Made by a program: the position numbers and the translations under genes. The notes under the pieces were generated by a model. The model made no database searches. It had not been told where the DNA came from and worked only from the letters and a program-made list of their open reading frames with translations. A DNA stretch of 64,000 nt from Callorhinchus milii (taxonomy: Eukaryota): NCBI RefSeq assembly GCF_018977255.1, contig NW_024704743.1:27344001-27408000 (forward strand), read 5' to 3'. Below are positions 25,695 through 37,677 of this stretch, piece after piece. Position 1 is the stretch's first letter, and every line of letters begins with the position of its first letter.

Positions 25695-26679
25695 ACAATC
25701 CCTTGGGGTGAGGAGGCCTTTCCCTTGTAGCTGCTTTACCTTGAAACCCTCTCAAAAATATCTCTTTGATGGTGCGTTTGATCAACATCCTCAAATTTCT
25801 CTTCTTTCTTCCCTGCTCAGTAAAGCCAGTCACCTTCGGGAAACATTTCAAGGCTATCATTCCACGCAAAAAGCGACATGCAAGTGCAAGTTGTTCTAAA
25901 CTCTTACTGTCAAAGCTACTGAACATGGGCATTGGGATCATTAAAGTTATGTTATCTATAAAATAAAAAGATAGGTATTTTGGAGGGCATTTGCAATCTA
26001 CTTTTTTGTTTAAAAAAAAGGAGAAAGTTGAGGTGAAAAGTTTGGTGCAAAAGCCTGGGTAAAACATTTTGCATTGATTTATGTTCCTGGTCACCCTAAA
26101 GGTACTCAGTAAACATGACAAAGATTTTCACAGTTTAACTCCAAGCATCTCCTTCACTCTCACATCATTGGCAACAGATGTGTGATTCTGGTGCTAAATA
26201 TCATACTTGGGCACCAGCAGTAATAATAATCATACAATAATAATTCTTGCATTTGTTATAACAATAAATAATCCTTGAATTTGATATAGCGCATTATCAT
26301 GTGATTGAGACGTCTCAAAGCGCTTCACAGAATATATTGCAAAGTGCACTGACTGTGTATTTTGCGGATAATGTAGCTTTAATCTTCCTAGCTTTAATCC
26401 GTTTCTAACCCATATTGTAGCTGACCTGGGACAGGTTTTATGGGATAGGGTAGAGGGAGCTTTATGCTGGGTCTAACCTATACTGTAACTAACCTGGGCA
26501 TTAAATGGAGAATGAGCCTCGAGTTCTGTGTTCTGATTTCTAGTCACTGCCCTACTCCCCGGTCTCTCCACTGAGCTTCTGTCAATTACAGTCGAAAGTG
26601 TAGCTGGTCAATTGCAAATTCGTTGGTGTCTAGAAACTCATCAATCATTCCACGTATCCCTTCAGCCAATAAACTCATA

Positions 26680-26975
26680 TTGTTATAGAAGTGTATCTTG
26701 TCATTGAGATGTCTCAAAGAGCTTCACAGAATATACTGTAAAGTGAATTGACTGTATATTTTGTGGGTGAAATGCGGCAGCAAATTGCGCACAGCAGTGT
26801 CCCACAAACAGTCGTGAGTTATTAATAAGGGATTATTACCCTGAGAAAGTGATCCGCCAATCGACTAACACCCGGGAAACAGAGGCATCTGGAATAAGGA
26901 AACTTGTCTAAGGTTTCGCCCAGTCCAGGAAACAAACTTGCATTCTCTCGCTTGCGAGGTGGGTGCTCTAACTAA
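26680..26975 (-). mobile_element. CORE-like SINE, long subfamily, internally deleted
   Basis: Reverse complement of the SINE head, CORE-like segment and 3' body. Confidence 0.8.
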
Positions 26976-27462
26976 TACGTCCTGAAGTGTGTTATGTACC
27001 TACAGTGCTGTTCAGAGGCTGCCTGTACACTACTACTATCACAGGGTTCATCTGTGAATGATCAATCGCTGCGTCAATCAGCTGTATTGATTCTGCATTC
27101 CAGAAGCCAAAGTAACCGAATAAACAGCTTCATAAAATGACATGGAGTGCGCAGTACAGAAACAGACCATTCAACTCAACTCATCCATGCTGGTGTTTGT
27201 ACGCTACATGAGCATCCACTCCTCTTCATCCATCTATTTCCTTCTCCCTCATATTGTAAGCAATTCCAGAATTCTAAGTTGCTTGATTTGATAGCTGACT
27301 ATGTACACTGATGCATGAAGGCCAAGGACAATGGAAAACGAGGGAAATGATATTTATGGAACAAAGCTTTCTTCAGCATAATTGTGGGCAGACAAAGATG
27401 TTTGAAACAAGTTGTTGGAATTTTGATAAAGGTGAAAAGATGTTGACAACTATGGATATAAT

Positions 27463-27763
27463 AATAATTCCTGCATTTGATAGAATGCTTTTTCATGTCT
27501 TCTAGACGTCTCAAAGCGCTTCACAGAATAAACTGTAAAGTGAATTGACTGTATATTTGTGAGCGAAACACGGCTGCCAATTTCGCACAGCAATGTCCCA
27601 CAAACAGTCGTGGATTCAAGTGACCAATTTGATAATTTTTTTATTGTTAAGTATTATTATCAGGGATGTGGAGTAAGGAAGCTTACCCAAAGTTTTGCCC
27701 TGCTGGGAATCAAAGCCAGTTCTCTCGCTTGTGAGGCGAGTGGTCTAACTACTGAGCTATAGG
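27463..27763 (-). mobile_element. CORE-like SINE
   Basis: Reverse-strand head tcctatagctcagtagttagacc and the standard tail. Confidence 0.85.
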
Positions 27764-28054
27764 ATATCAGAGAAGGGGTTATTCTGTCTGACTCAAAATA
27801 TGTTTTTAATAAAGCTAAATTCCAGATATGTTTACAAGATTGATGTGTATGTCTTTGCAAGGTATTATTGTAAGGATAATTCTCAACAAAGGGGAAGAGC
27901 TGAGCTTAAAGAGAAGAGCTGAGTTTTGGGAACGGAGCAGCTATTCACAATGATCTCGAGGAAAGAGATAAACTACAATCAACATGGATCGATGCAACGT
28001 CGATTGCTCCATCAAAGCCACTATATTGAGCCGATTAACCCACTGCAGTGAACT

Positions 28055-28160
28055 TTACTAACCTGTTAGTTTGCTTACTAATCTGTCGTAAGAATTAATT
28101 TGATTACTAACCGTCGTAAGAATGAACTTGATTACTAACCCGTTGTATGAATTTATTTGA
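28055..28160. repeat. Minisatellite, about 3.5 copies of a 28-29 bp unit (ttactaaccgtcgtaagaatgaacttga)
   Basis: Directly visible tandem units beginning ttactaa. Confidence 0.85.
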
Positions 28161-29089
28161 TTTGATGAAATATATAATTTTGATTATTTATAACCTTGCT
28201 AATCTTTCATTAAATTTTACTACTTAAAAGGAAATTCCTGTCAGCTCATACTTCACCGCAGTGTCATGAATTTAAATACCCCTTAGACTATGCATTGAGT
28301 TTCCTCTAAAATAAATTGATGAATTGGATAATTGGCATTTTGGGGAAGAAAATGCCTCATTACTAAAATATCTGAGAGTTTATTGTGTAAAACCCTGATA
28401 TTAAAGATCCCTAACTATCCTTCAAATTGAATTTTGTAAAATTCCTTAATTTTGTATGTAAAGGCCTGATCATCTCTCTAGTACCATGTATTCACTGGTG
28501 GTACTGCTGATGCCAATGCAAAAAACAAATTACTGTTTGGTTAATAAGCTGTAAATTTGTGAAGTTTATCTCAAATTGACAATAAAAGTATTCAGCAATA
28601 GAGTTTAACTTCAAAGCACCCCATTGCACACCGAGAAACACAAAGTCAAAAGAATCAGGCAGCTTTAACCAATCCTCGTACCTGAGAAGTCAGCAGCTCA
28701 AACAGCTGCCTCTGATTTATCAGTTGTACCTCCAAGGAACCAAAATGCAAGGATTGTAATAATCATCTGATGCAGCTGCAAGTACTTTATCAGAGAGCTT
28801 TGAGATTAAGGTGCATTCCGGGTACAAGGGAAGATAATGTCCTTGATTTCTCTCAGCGCGCTGCATTAGGAATATAATACTTGCTTTGGATGTAAAATTT
28901 ATGAAGATTAAATCAACAGGAGAGAAATATCATTAACATCCTCTGCACTGGTAAACCATGATATAGCGTCTGCCAGCTACAGCATCCCTGAAGGATTAGT
29001 ATAGAATGAAGATGCAAGACAATGAATTCTCCAGCAAGGATTTTTTGTGATTAGTGAAACAGAAACCTCTATGGCTGTGGTTATTCAAT

Positions 29090-29465
29090 TTCAAGATCCT
29101 ACATTAGTTTTTAAATCTCTTCATGCCCTGGCACCTCCATACCTCTCAGACCTGCTTACTCCCAGCCCACTGCCTCTGCTCGACTGGCCTCCGTTCTGCA
29201 TGTGCCTCGTGCCCTCTGTTCCACCATTGGTGGCCGTGTTTTCAGACATTGTGCCCCGAAACTCTGGAACACTCTTCCTCTATCCCTCTGCCTTGCCCCT
29301 TCCTTCCCCATCTTCAGATCGCGCCTGAAGGCCTTCCTCTTCGTCCGTGCCTATGGTCAACTGCACGCTCTCCACTCCCCCGGCTCGGTGTCAGCCTCCA
29401 CCACTGTCAAGGGCTCTGGGATGCTATGCTGCGTGAGGGCTGCTATATAAATACAAGTTGTTGCT
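29090..29465 (+). mobile_element. L2 LINE 3' end
   Basis: FKSLHALAPPYLSDLL and STIGGRVF...PKLWNTLP; gctatataaatacaagttgttg tail. Confidence 0.85.
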
Positions 29466-29959
29466 GTATAGAGGAAGCTTGTATTGAACCAAAAAACAGC
29501 ATAATTCAAAAGGGAACTAGATAAGCGCCTGCGTTATAAAACCATTAAAGGTTATTGGAAAATAATTAGAAACATGAATAGTTGGAAATAGGCTACTTAA
29601 AAGAAAATGGTAGTGCAATAATAGGCCATATAGCCTCCTCTGTGCTGAAATTTCTGTATTTATGTTTCTTCAGTTGAACAACTTCACATAGTTTGTGATG
29701 TGGTTTCCTTTCATTTGCAATCTGCTTCCTCTTTATCATTATTAGCAATGTATTCTCAATGACTACTGCACAAAAAAAGATTGTGGTCAGTTATGCCTCT
29801 GACAACAGTCCAAGTCAAGTTGCTTCTGAATTCCTGTTATTGTAAAATGTTCCATATACTAGAATGTTGAATGCACTATTATAAGTCTGTATCATCAAAG
29901 AGATCTCACCTTACTGGCACATAACAATTATCCCTGTTAGATTTCCCTTTTAAATGTCA

Positions 29960-30422
29960 GGCTGGTTCAGTTGGTAGGATTTTTGCATCTGGGTCAGAAA
30001 GTTGTGGGTTCAAGCTCCACATCAGGACTTTGAACACAGCATCTAGGCAGACACTCCAGTGCAGTGCTGGGGGTGCTGTTTATCGGATGAGATATTAAAC
30101 AAAGTCTGTTCAGGTGGATTTTACTACAACAAATAACAACAACTTGCATTTATATAGTGCCGCTCATGCAGGTTAGCTTCCCAGAGTGCTTAACAGGAGC
30201 AGAGCACGATGCTGAGCTGGTGGGAGAGGGAAGGTGACCGCAGGTACGGTCAGATAGGAAGGTCTTCAGGCGCAACATGAAGATGGGGAAAGATCCTATG
30301 GCACTATTCAAAAAGTGAAGGGAGTTTCTCCCTGTATGCTGACCAATAGTCCTCCAAAGAATATTGGTCAGCACATAGATTAATTCACTTCATGGCTGTT
30401 CGTGGGACACTGCTGTGCGCTA
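29960..30422 (+). mobile_element. Deu-domain SINE interrupted by an inverted L2 tail (about 30125-30290)
   Basis: ggttcagttggtagg...gggttcaag head; ttcaggtggatt|L2|agatcctatggcactattc core. Confidence 0.75.
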
Positions 30423-31249
30423 ACAAGGGTTTCTGTTACCTACTTGCTATGAATTGTGTCACTACTGTTTGGTTATGTTGTAATTTAATATTTCTAAAAT
30501 GTCAAAACTTCTTGCTCTGACAGTGCATCACTGACATTCAGGAGCACAAGTTGTTGTGAGGCAATTACTCTACCTCATCCCAACAAACACACTCCTGAAC
30601 ATCACTATTAGAGCATTCCTTGCCCATCAGCTGTTGTTAACCTTGTTGAGAAGTGTGAATGGACATTGATTACTGCAGTGTTCCTACTGAAAGAAACACA
30701 TTCATTGCAGAAATAAATTTCTATTGACACATCCCCAAAAAAGTGCATTTTACACAGATGTTATTGATTTGCTAATTTGCTTTCACCACTGACATATTTA
30801 AAAAAGCAAGGATTATTATTATACTTCTAGGTAGAAATTTCTCTTTCTTCTGCTTGTCCAGTTGGGACCACCCTACCCATTAAGGACAAGATTAACAGGA
30901 GCCGAGTGGGAGAAATCCTGGCCCCAGACAGACCTGCTCCTCCTAGTGTTGTTGATGACTAGGCCAGCTGATCTGTCATTAACAGTGCTTTGGAGTACTG
31001 CAAACCCACCTGGCTCGGGGGCCAGACTCCTAACATTGCTGGAGAGAATTGACTCGATTCTGATATTCTAGTGGGGTTGACTTCACCTTGGAAACAGCTC
31101 AACCCCAAAGAGTCATCACTTACCTCAAGCACAATAGACAAATTGGACAAAAGCCAATTTCTTTTAATAAATGGTGATGCATTATGCCTATGCAAGATAA
31201 ATTGATTGATAACGAGACATCACGCAGTGAAATTTTACTAATTTGTAAA

Positions 31250-31505
31250 GGTTACCACCATCAGCGGCCGTGCTTTCAGTCGTTGCCTACCTGAAGCTCT
31301 GGAATTCTCTTCCTCAATCCTTCCGCCTTGCTCTCTCCCTCCCCACTTTCAAGTCCCGCCTAAAGACTTTCCTTTTTGACCGTGATTACGGTCACCTCCA
31401 CACTCCCTCTTCCCCTGACTCAGGGTCAGACTCTACCATTGTCAAGTGGTCTGGAACCCTACCCTACATGAAGGCCACTGTATAAATGCAAGTTGTTGTT
31501 GTTAC
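31250..31505 (+). mobile_element. L2 LINE 3' end
   Basis: KLWNSLPQSFRLALSLPTFKSRLKTFLF followed by a (gtt)n tail. Confidence 0.85.
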
Positions 31506-32119
31506 TCACTGTGTGCACTTAGAATGGGATTTCCATATTCCAAATGCATGCTGGTACAATAGATAACTTTAGCAGCATAATTTCATCCCCCACCTTCCCC
31601 ACTGTCGGCTTCAAGCTCACTCAAGTAATTCAGGTATGCAATAGATCATGTTCAGAATCATCAAGCTTCCTTATTCTGCCCAAATAATCTTACCCTATGA
31701 TAAGAATATTCCTCGCATTTGTAATTTTGCCTCATCACATTGTCAAGATGTCTCAAAGCGCTTCACAGGATTTTACTGAAATGTGTAGTGACTGTGAATT
31801 TGTAGGCAAAGGAACATTCCTCACTGCACGTGGGGGATCATTTTATAGATTCACTAATATGTTTGTGTAGCATGTATGAATCAGATAACCAATGCAATAA
31901 AAATGGTCAGTTTTATACAGTAGAGTCAAACCTACTGGGAACTTTGTTAACCTTGATCAGTCTAATTTTATTTAGTACCCTTATAGCTGGCAGAGAAAGA
32001 AGACCTCATTCTGTCAATCCAGGAAAGCGTCAGAGAATGTTACAGCACAGAAACAGACCACTTGGCCCATGAATGCTGCACTGCTGTTTCCTCTTCACAT
32101 GAACCATCTAATTTAAATT

Positions 32120-32389
32120 CCGGCAGGGCAAAATGTTGGGCAAGCAGTAAGCAGTGACCCAGTTGTTAGTCGACTGGCGGATTGCTTTTCCAGGGGTAAT
32201 AATTCCTTCCAAAAAAAAAAAATTGCCACTCAATCCACGACTGTTTGTGGGACACTGCTCTGCGCAATTGGTTGCCGTGTTTCAGCCATAAAATACAGTC
32301 AATTCACTTTACAGTATATTCTGTGAAGTGCTTTGAGACTCTCAAAAATGTGATGGGGTGCTATATGAAATGCAAGGATTATTATTATT
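32120..32389 (+). mobile_element. CORE-like SINE, 5'-truncated
   Basis: ggcagggcaaaatgttgggcaag...ctgtttgtgggacactgc...aatgcaaggattattatt. Confidence 0.85.
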
Positions 32390-35283
32390 CATAAATCCAT
32401 TTGCCTATTCACACCTGAACCCCTTTAATATTTATTTTTTCAATCATCCAAACATCAGAATGGATTGGTTGAGTCAAGTGACCTGTTTCCATGTTCACAT
32501 TTTTCTGTGTAAATTCACTTCTAAACTAAATTTATGCGTTCTGGCTCATAAATGGTTCTGACAGATCCCACGCAAATGTTAAAATAACAAAGGAAAAATA
32601 ACCTTTTTCACAAGATCACTTTGGACAAAGAAGGCCCGTCAAAGAAACAGGGGTAGGCCATTCAGCCCTTCGAACCTGTTTTGCCATTCTATAAGATTAT
32701 GACTGATCTGTACCTCAACTCCAATTTGGCTCATCTGATCTCAAACTTCCAGAACAACTACTGCACTATACCTCCATCAATTGCCCTTTACAACTCTAAA
32801 CCTATATCCTCTTGTTCTACTGTCTTGATGCATCTTAATGTATTCATGTGATTTTACTTCTGTATCCCCATTTGAAATTGTGCTTACCTCTATGAGGTCC
32901 TCTCTGAGTCACCTCCTCCTAAGATTGAAGAGGCCTAGTTTGTCTAATCATTGCTCATAGTTTAGCTCAAAGTTCACAAGGGCAAGAACCATCCACAAGA
33001 TGGAGGGAATAGCCACAGAGCAGGGGTCATGTTATTTTGCTGTGTAGGATTTAGGAATGAGGGTAGTTTCCACCTGGGTCAGGATTTACTTTAGTCATTC
33101 AGCATTTCAGAACATCTACAATTTGGCAAGTTGAAATTTCCGTTTTAACTTTGAAGTTATTTACCTGCTGTTCTTGAAACAATTCGAGAAAAATAGCTTC
33201 CAAATTAAAATGGCATTTAAGAGTTTTGTCTAAGATAAAGGTACATCTAGACCCAGGTGCAAATTGAGTTGGGTCACTGGAGATTCTGAATTCAAGTGGA
33301 ATTTGGGGAGTTTGTAAAAGGATGATGGAATCAAAAAAGCAGCATGTCCTTTTGAAATGGGAAATCCAACATAGGATAATTTTGCATACTTTCGTCCCAG
33401 ACTTTTGACTGTTCATCACTCACTCTCAGTGGAGTGATATATGCCTTAGAATAAAAGCTTCACCTGGAAAGGTGAGAAGCTGCTAGGTGATTTTGATTCA
33501 GTACTGCAAATTATATTGTCAAGGATTTTAGCAATGTCACACCTAAATATCAGCCATCGAGTAAATTTTGCTCTACCGTATTAGAATGGACGTGTTGCAT
33601 TTTAAAGGTTAACCCACTTAAACACAAAAATGCTAAGAGCAATGTATTTCTATTTCAGGATTAGTTGGAAACATTTGACAGGTGAGCAATTATAGATAAC
33701 AGCCTTTTTTGTCTGGAACAATATCCTTGCTCTTCACAAAAAAAATCTTTATCCCATTTTGTAAATGCACTGCATGACATGTCACGGAGACCAAATGGAT
33801 TGGGGAGATTCACGATGTGATTCCGTTTGCTGATGATTTGGCAGGAGCGTGCTAAAATATTCCTTGCAGAATCATTTTAACTTTCCTGTTTTTCAAGTCG
33901 TCTGTACTGTTCCAACGCTTGATTATTGGCTGATACTGGGCGAGGATCAGCTTAGCATCGTTTGATTATCACACTGTGGTTCTCTAAGCACACTGAGCTC
34001 CTACCCCTGGTGGAGGGTGCTACATAAGTGCAAGTTGTTGTTGTTGAATCATTTGACAACAATCACCAGCTAGACTCACTCACAAAGAAAAGCCACTTTA
34101 ATGAAACACCATTGGATCAGGATTAGAAAACACCAAGGGCAATCTTCCAGTTAATACTTTGCCCAATCCTGCTAGGCAAGGACATCTTATTCTTTATTTG
34201 TCAGTAAATTTAGTGGCCTTGGTCGCGACGACGTGATTATGTGCTGTAGCAAATCCAATTATTATTAATAGCCATCTAGAATTGAAGGTTTGTGAATTAA
34301 TACCTAACCTGCAATAATGGGGGACGATAATAAATAATAATAATAATCCTTGTATTTGATGTAGTGCCTTATCATGTCATTGAGGCATCTCAACGCACTT
34401 CACAGGCTATAATGGAAAGTGAATCGAATGTATATTTTGTAGGCGAAATGCCCTCAGACAAGTATTCTGAGGGTATCTTTTGTTGAGTCAAAATGAAAAT
34501 GCAAGGTTCCAGCATTAAACACGTATGAGGGGATAATACTAATATTAGCATTTGTAAGCAATTGTGACTTTCGCATAAGATAAGTAATTAATTGCTGTAT
34601 TTCTATAGCAAGCACTTATGGTGATATATTTCCTCATGAAACAAATGATCCCAGTCATCCATGCCTTTCTCCACATATTTACAATCGTAACATACATCAA
34701 AGCAGCTGGAATGTTGCTGCCTACTGATATTGGAATCAAAGTATAAAGCGGTCACCTTAATAGTCAATAAGGGTGGAATTTGCCTTCCCCTTATAACAAA
34801 ACAAATCTCATTCCCACTGCACTTGGGGCATCAATCCCAGACTCTGGTTGCCAGCATACACTGGGGGAAGTCTGAGATATTTAGTAGGAAATTTGATTTG
34901 ATTGATAATAATTATCATATTGAATCTGTTATCAAGAAACACAAATTCCCTTCAATCTTTACAAATCAATAAAATAGATACAAGACAGCCAGGAGCAACT
35001 CAAGAAGGGAGCTCAAGGGGAACTCCTTGTTATATAGATGGTTGTCCGTTGTGTGTCTCTGCAAAGCAACTAACTGGGGAAGAAAAAAAGAGGTCTTGTG
35101 TCACATCACAGCTGTTCACTTTACTGGGTTCAGACCAGGTTCCCTGAATAGGCTTTTGTGGCTAATGTTAAGGAGGAGGAACTCAGCTAAGGTTCTTGCT
35201 CCTGGTGGCTCTGCTAGAGATGTTTGTTTGTAGTCGGACATTGTGCAAAGATAGGATTAATTTTATTAATGTCTTTCAGGTCT

Positions 35284-35367
35284 CAAACGCTAGTGACATT
35301 CATTGCCCAGGCAAACGCTCGTGACATTCATTGCCCAGGCAAACGCTCGTGACATTCATTGCGCAAG
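35284..35367. repeat. Tandem triplication of a 28-bp unit (caaacgctcgtgacattcattgcccagg)
   Basis: Three adjacent, nearly identical copies with no spacers. Confidence 0.95.
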
Positions 35368-37677
35368 CACTCACATGAAGAACAGCAACTTGACCGATGT
35401 TCTGGAGTACTCTCACTATTCATAGAAGCCTAAACTAGTATGAGTCAGGTGATTAAGGCATAAATGTGAGTAGGAAGTAAAGACACGGCTGTGCACAATT
35501 GGCTGCCGTGATTCTTCCACAATATATACAGTCAATTCACTTGACAGTATATTTTGTGAATTACTTTGAGTTGTTTCAAAGATATGATAATAAATTAAAT
35601 GCTATATGAAATACAAGTATTATTATTAAAAAACTCACATTCTTTTTTTTCAACAGCTGCCTTGCTGCCTAACATCTATATGCCAAGGCTGTAGAAAAAG
35701 AAACAGGTGAGGGTTACAAAGAACAATTTGTGAACAGAAAGCAGAAAGTATTTCTTTACCCAGAGGGTATTTAACAACTGAATAGCTTACCAAGAAGGAT
35801 GGTTGAGGCCAGAATATTGGACACATTGGAGAAGCAGCTTGTTACTGTAATGGGAGGACAGAAGGGAGAATATTCTGGAAAGATAAAATGCAATAGGGCA
35901 AACACAATTCTTCCCACTCAACTCCTGTTAATCCCGCAACCCAAAGTCTTAACAGTTAGGGTGGTCCTAGCTGCAGTTTGGAAAACCTACTAGACAGCGC
36001 TCTCAAGCTAGGCAAGCTATGGGGTTTTAGCTGGTTAAACCCCAGCAGTGCCCCAACACAACCTATGGGATTCTACAAAACAAGGTTTTCAAATATGTCC
36101 AAAACTCCAACCAGCAGCAAATACCTGGCCATATTATTTGCTGACAATAGCCCCAAGTCTCCCTGTCTCTAAGTGTTATAGCAAATACAGCAAACTGGTT
36201 TGAACATTAAAATCAGAAGTCTTGACTCTAGCTCACCCACGCCTAATACTCTCTGGAATTAGGGAAGCGGGATGTATCATTCCAGGGAGAGAGTGCATCC
36301 CTCCAGGGAAATCTCCATGTGTAGGTGACATACCTGCAGATCTCTCAGTCTGGTTTGGATACTTTTAAGCATGGAGATGGATTTCTGCATACGTCAAGTA
36401 CCCGAATGACCAAAACAAAGTGGGCCAAAGAATCTTCTTCACCTTGTGATCTTGTGATTTATTACAACAGGATTGCTAGGACTATATGGTCCAAGCAAAT
36501 TCTACAATGTGCTTAGCATGGGCTGACAGAAGAAATGGTCCAAGTGACCACCTTAATGATAAAGCTTGCCCAGAAAAGACTAACCAATTCTGATGGAACA
36601 TTATTATAATAAGATCCTCTGTAAGAGACTCTGGGTATTGATCTTCCCTGGTGTCTCAAGTTACAGCAGAATAAATTACTCACTTACACATTACATGAAG
36701 GACTGCACTGACCTTCAGAAAAATACTTTGGTTGTTTGGATTTCATTTTGTGACCTCATTTTTGAATCTTCATTCCCTAAGTATGGTATATATCCCTAAT
36801 CATCCAATTGCAAAGTACCTATCTTATAATACACCCTGTTTGTAGTAATCAAGTTGTAAAAGCAATGTTGCTCTTCTGCCATCAACATGAAAGACACTTT
36901 CAGACAGGTCAATAATCTAATACTTCACTGGAGACTTAGATAGCTATGAAAATAACTGACCTACATACAGCAAACTGAAATAAATACTGCTGTGTGTAAC
37001 TGGCTACCGTGTTTCTCCAACAAAATATACAGTGAATTCACTTTACAGTGTATCCTGTGAAGAGCTTTGAGACATCTCAATGATGTGATAATGCACTACA
37101 TCAAATGCAAGGATTATTATTATTTTTTATTAACTAAGTCAGAACTTAACACTCGTCTTCACAAAAGCAAACACGACACCCATTGAATACTGCATGTTAA
37201 TGACAAAATGTGTCACTGCACAAGTTTTAAAAAGAAGCTAACTGATGGCAATACAATCTTCTACTTCTCTTGCCAACTTGCCTCCATAACTGAAATCTCC
37301 AGGAATAGGTGGGCAGAGAGCATTGCTCCGGGAATTGAGTGTGCACACCACTGTGGAACTCACAGTAATTTGGTTTCAATAATTTTTCACATGGTAATGG
37401 GTTTCAGCATGGCATGGGTTTCAGACACCCAGCTGACCAACACAAAACAAAATTTTAATCGAAATGCACATCCCAAAATGTGGGAAATTTGCAAATATAC
37501 CTGCACATTGGGTATCAATCAATCCACACTGCACGAGGATCAACATTGAACATCGACTATGTTCTTAAAGTTGGTGAGAATCGATTTTTATTTTGTCTGA
37601 TTTCCTTCAGATATCAACAATTATTCTTTGTTAATTAATTTCGGAATAAATGGCCACTTTCCACATCTCATACTGCG

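Noticed and set aside
25693..26121. 142-aa minus-strand ORF
   Set aside because: No recognisable domain, includes an L2-like remnant, and has composition typical of chance AT-rich ORFs
33659..33681. Plus-strand 23-nt micro-exon-like site (also similar sites near 23786, 45792 and 63904)
   Set aside because: Splice-like motifs only; no coherent reading frame or recognisable peptide, and such sites are expected by chance
35284..35367. CRISPR-like 28-bp repeats (also 28055-28160)
   Set aside because: Units are adjacent with no unique spacers, there are no cas genes, and the context is vertebrate
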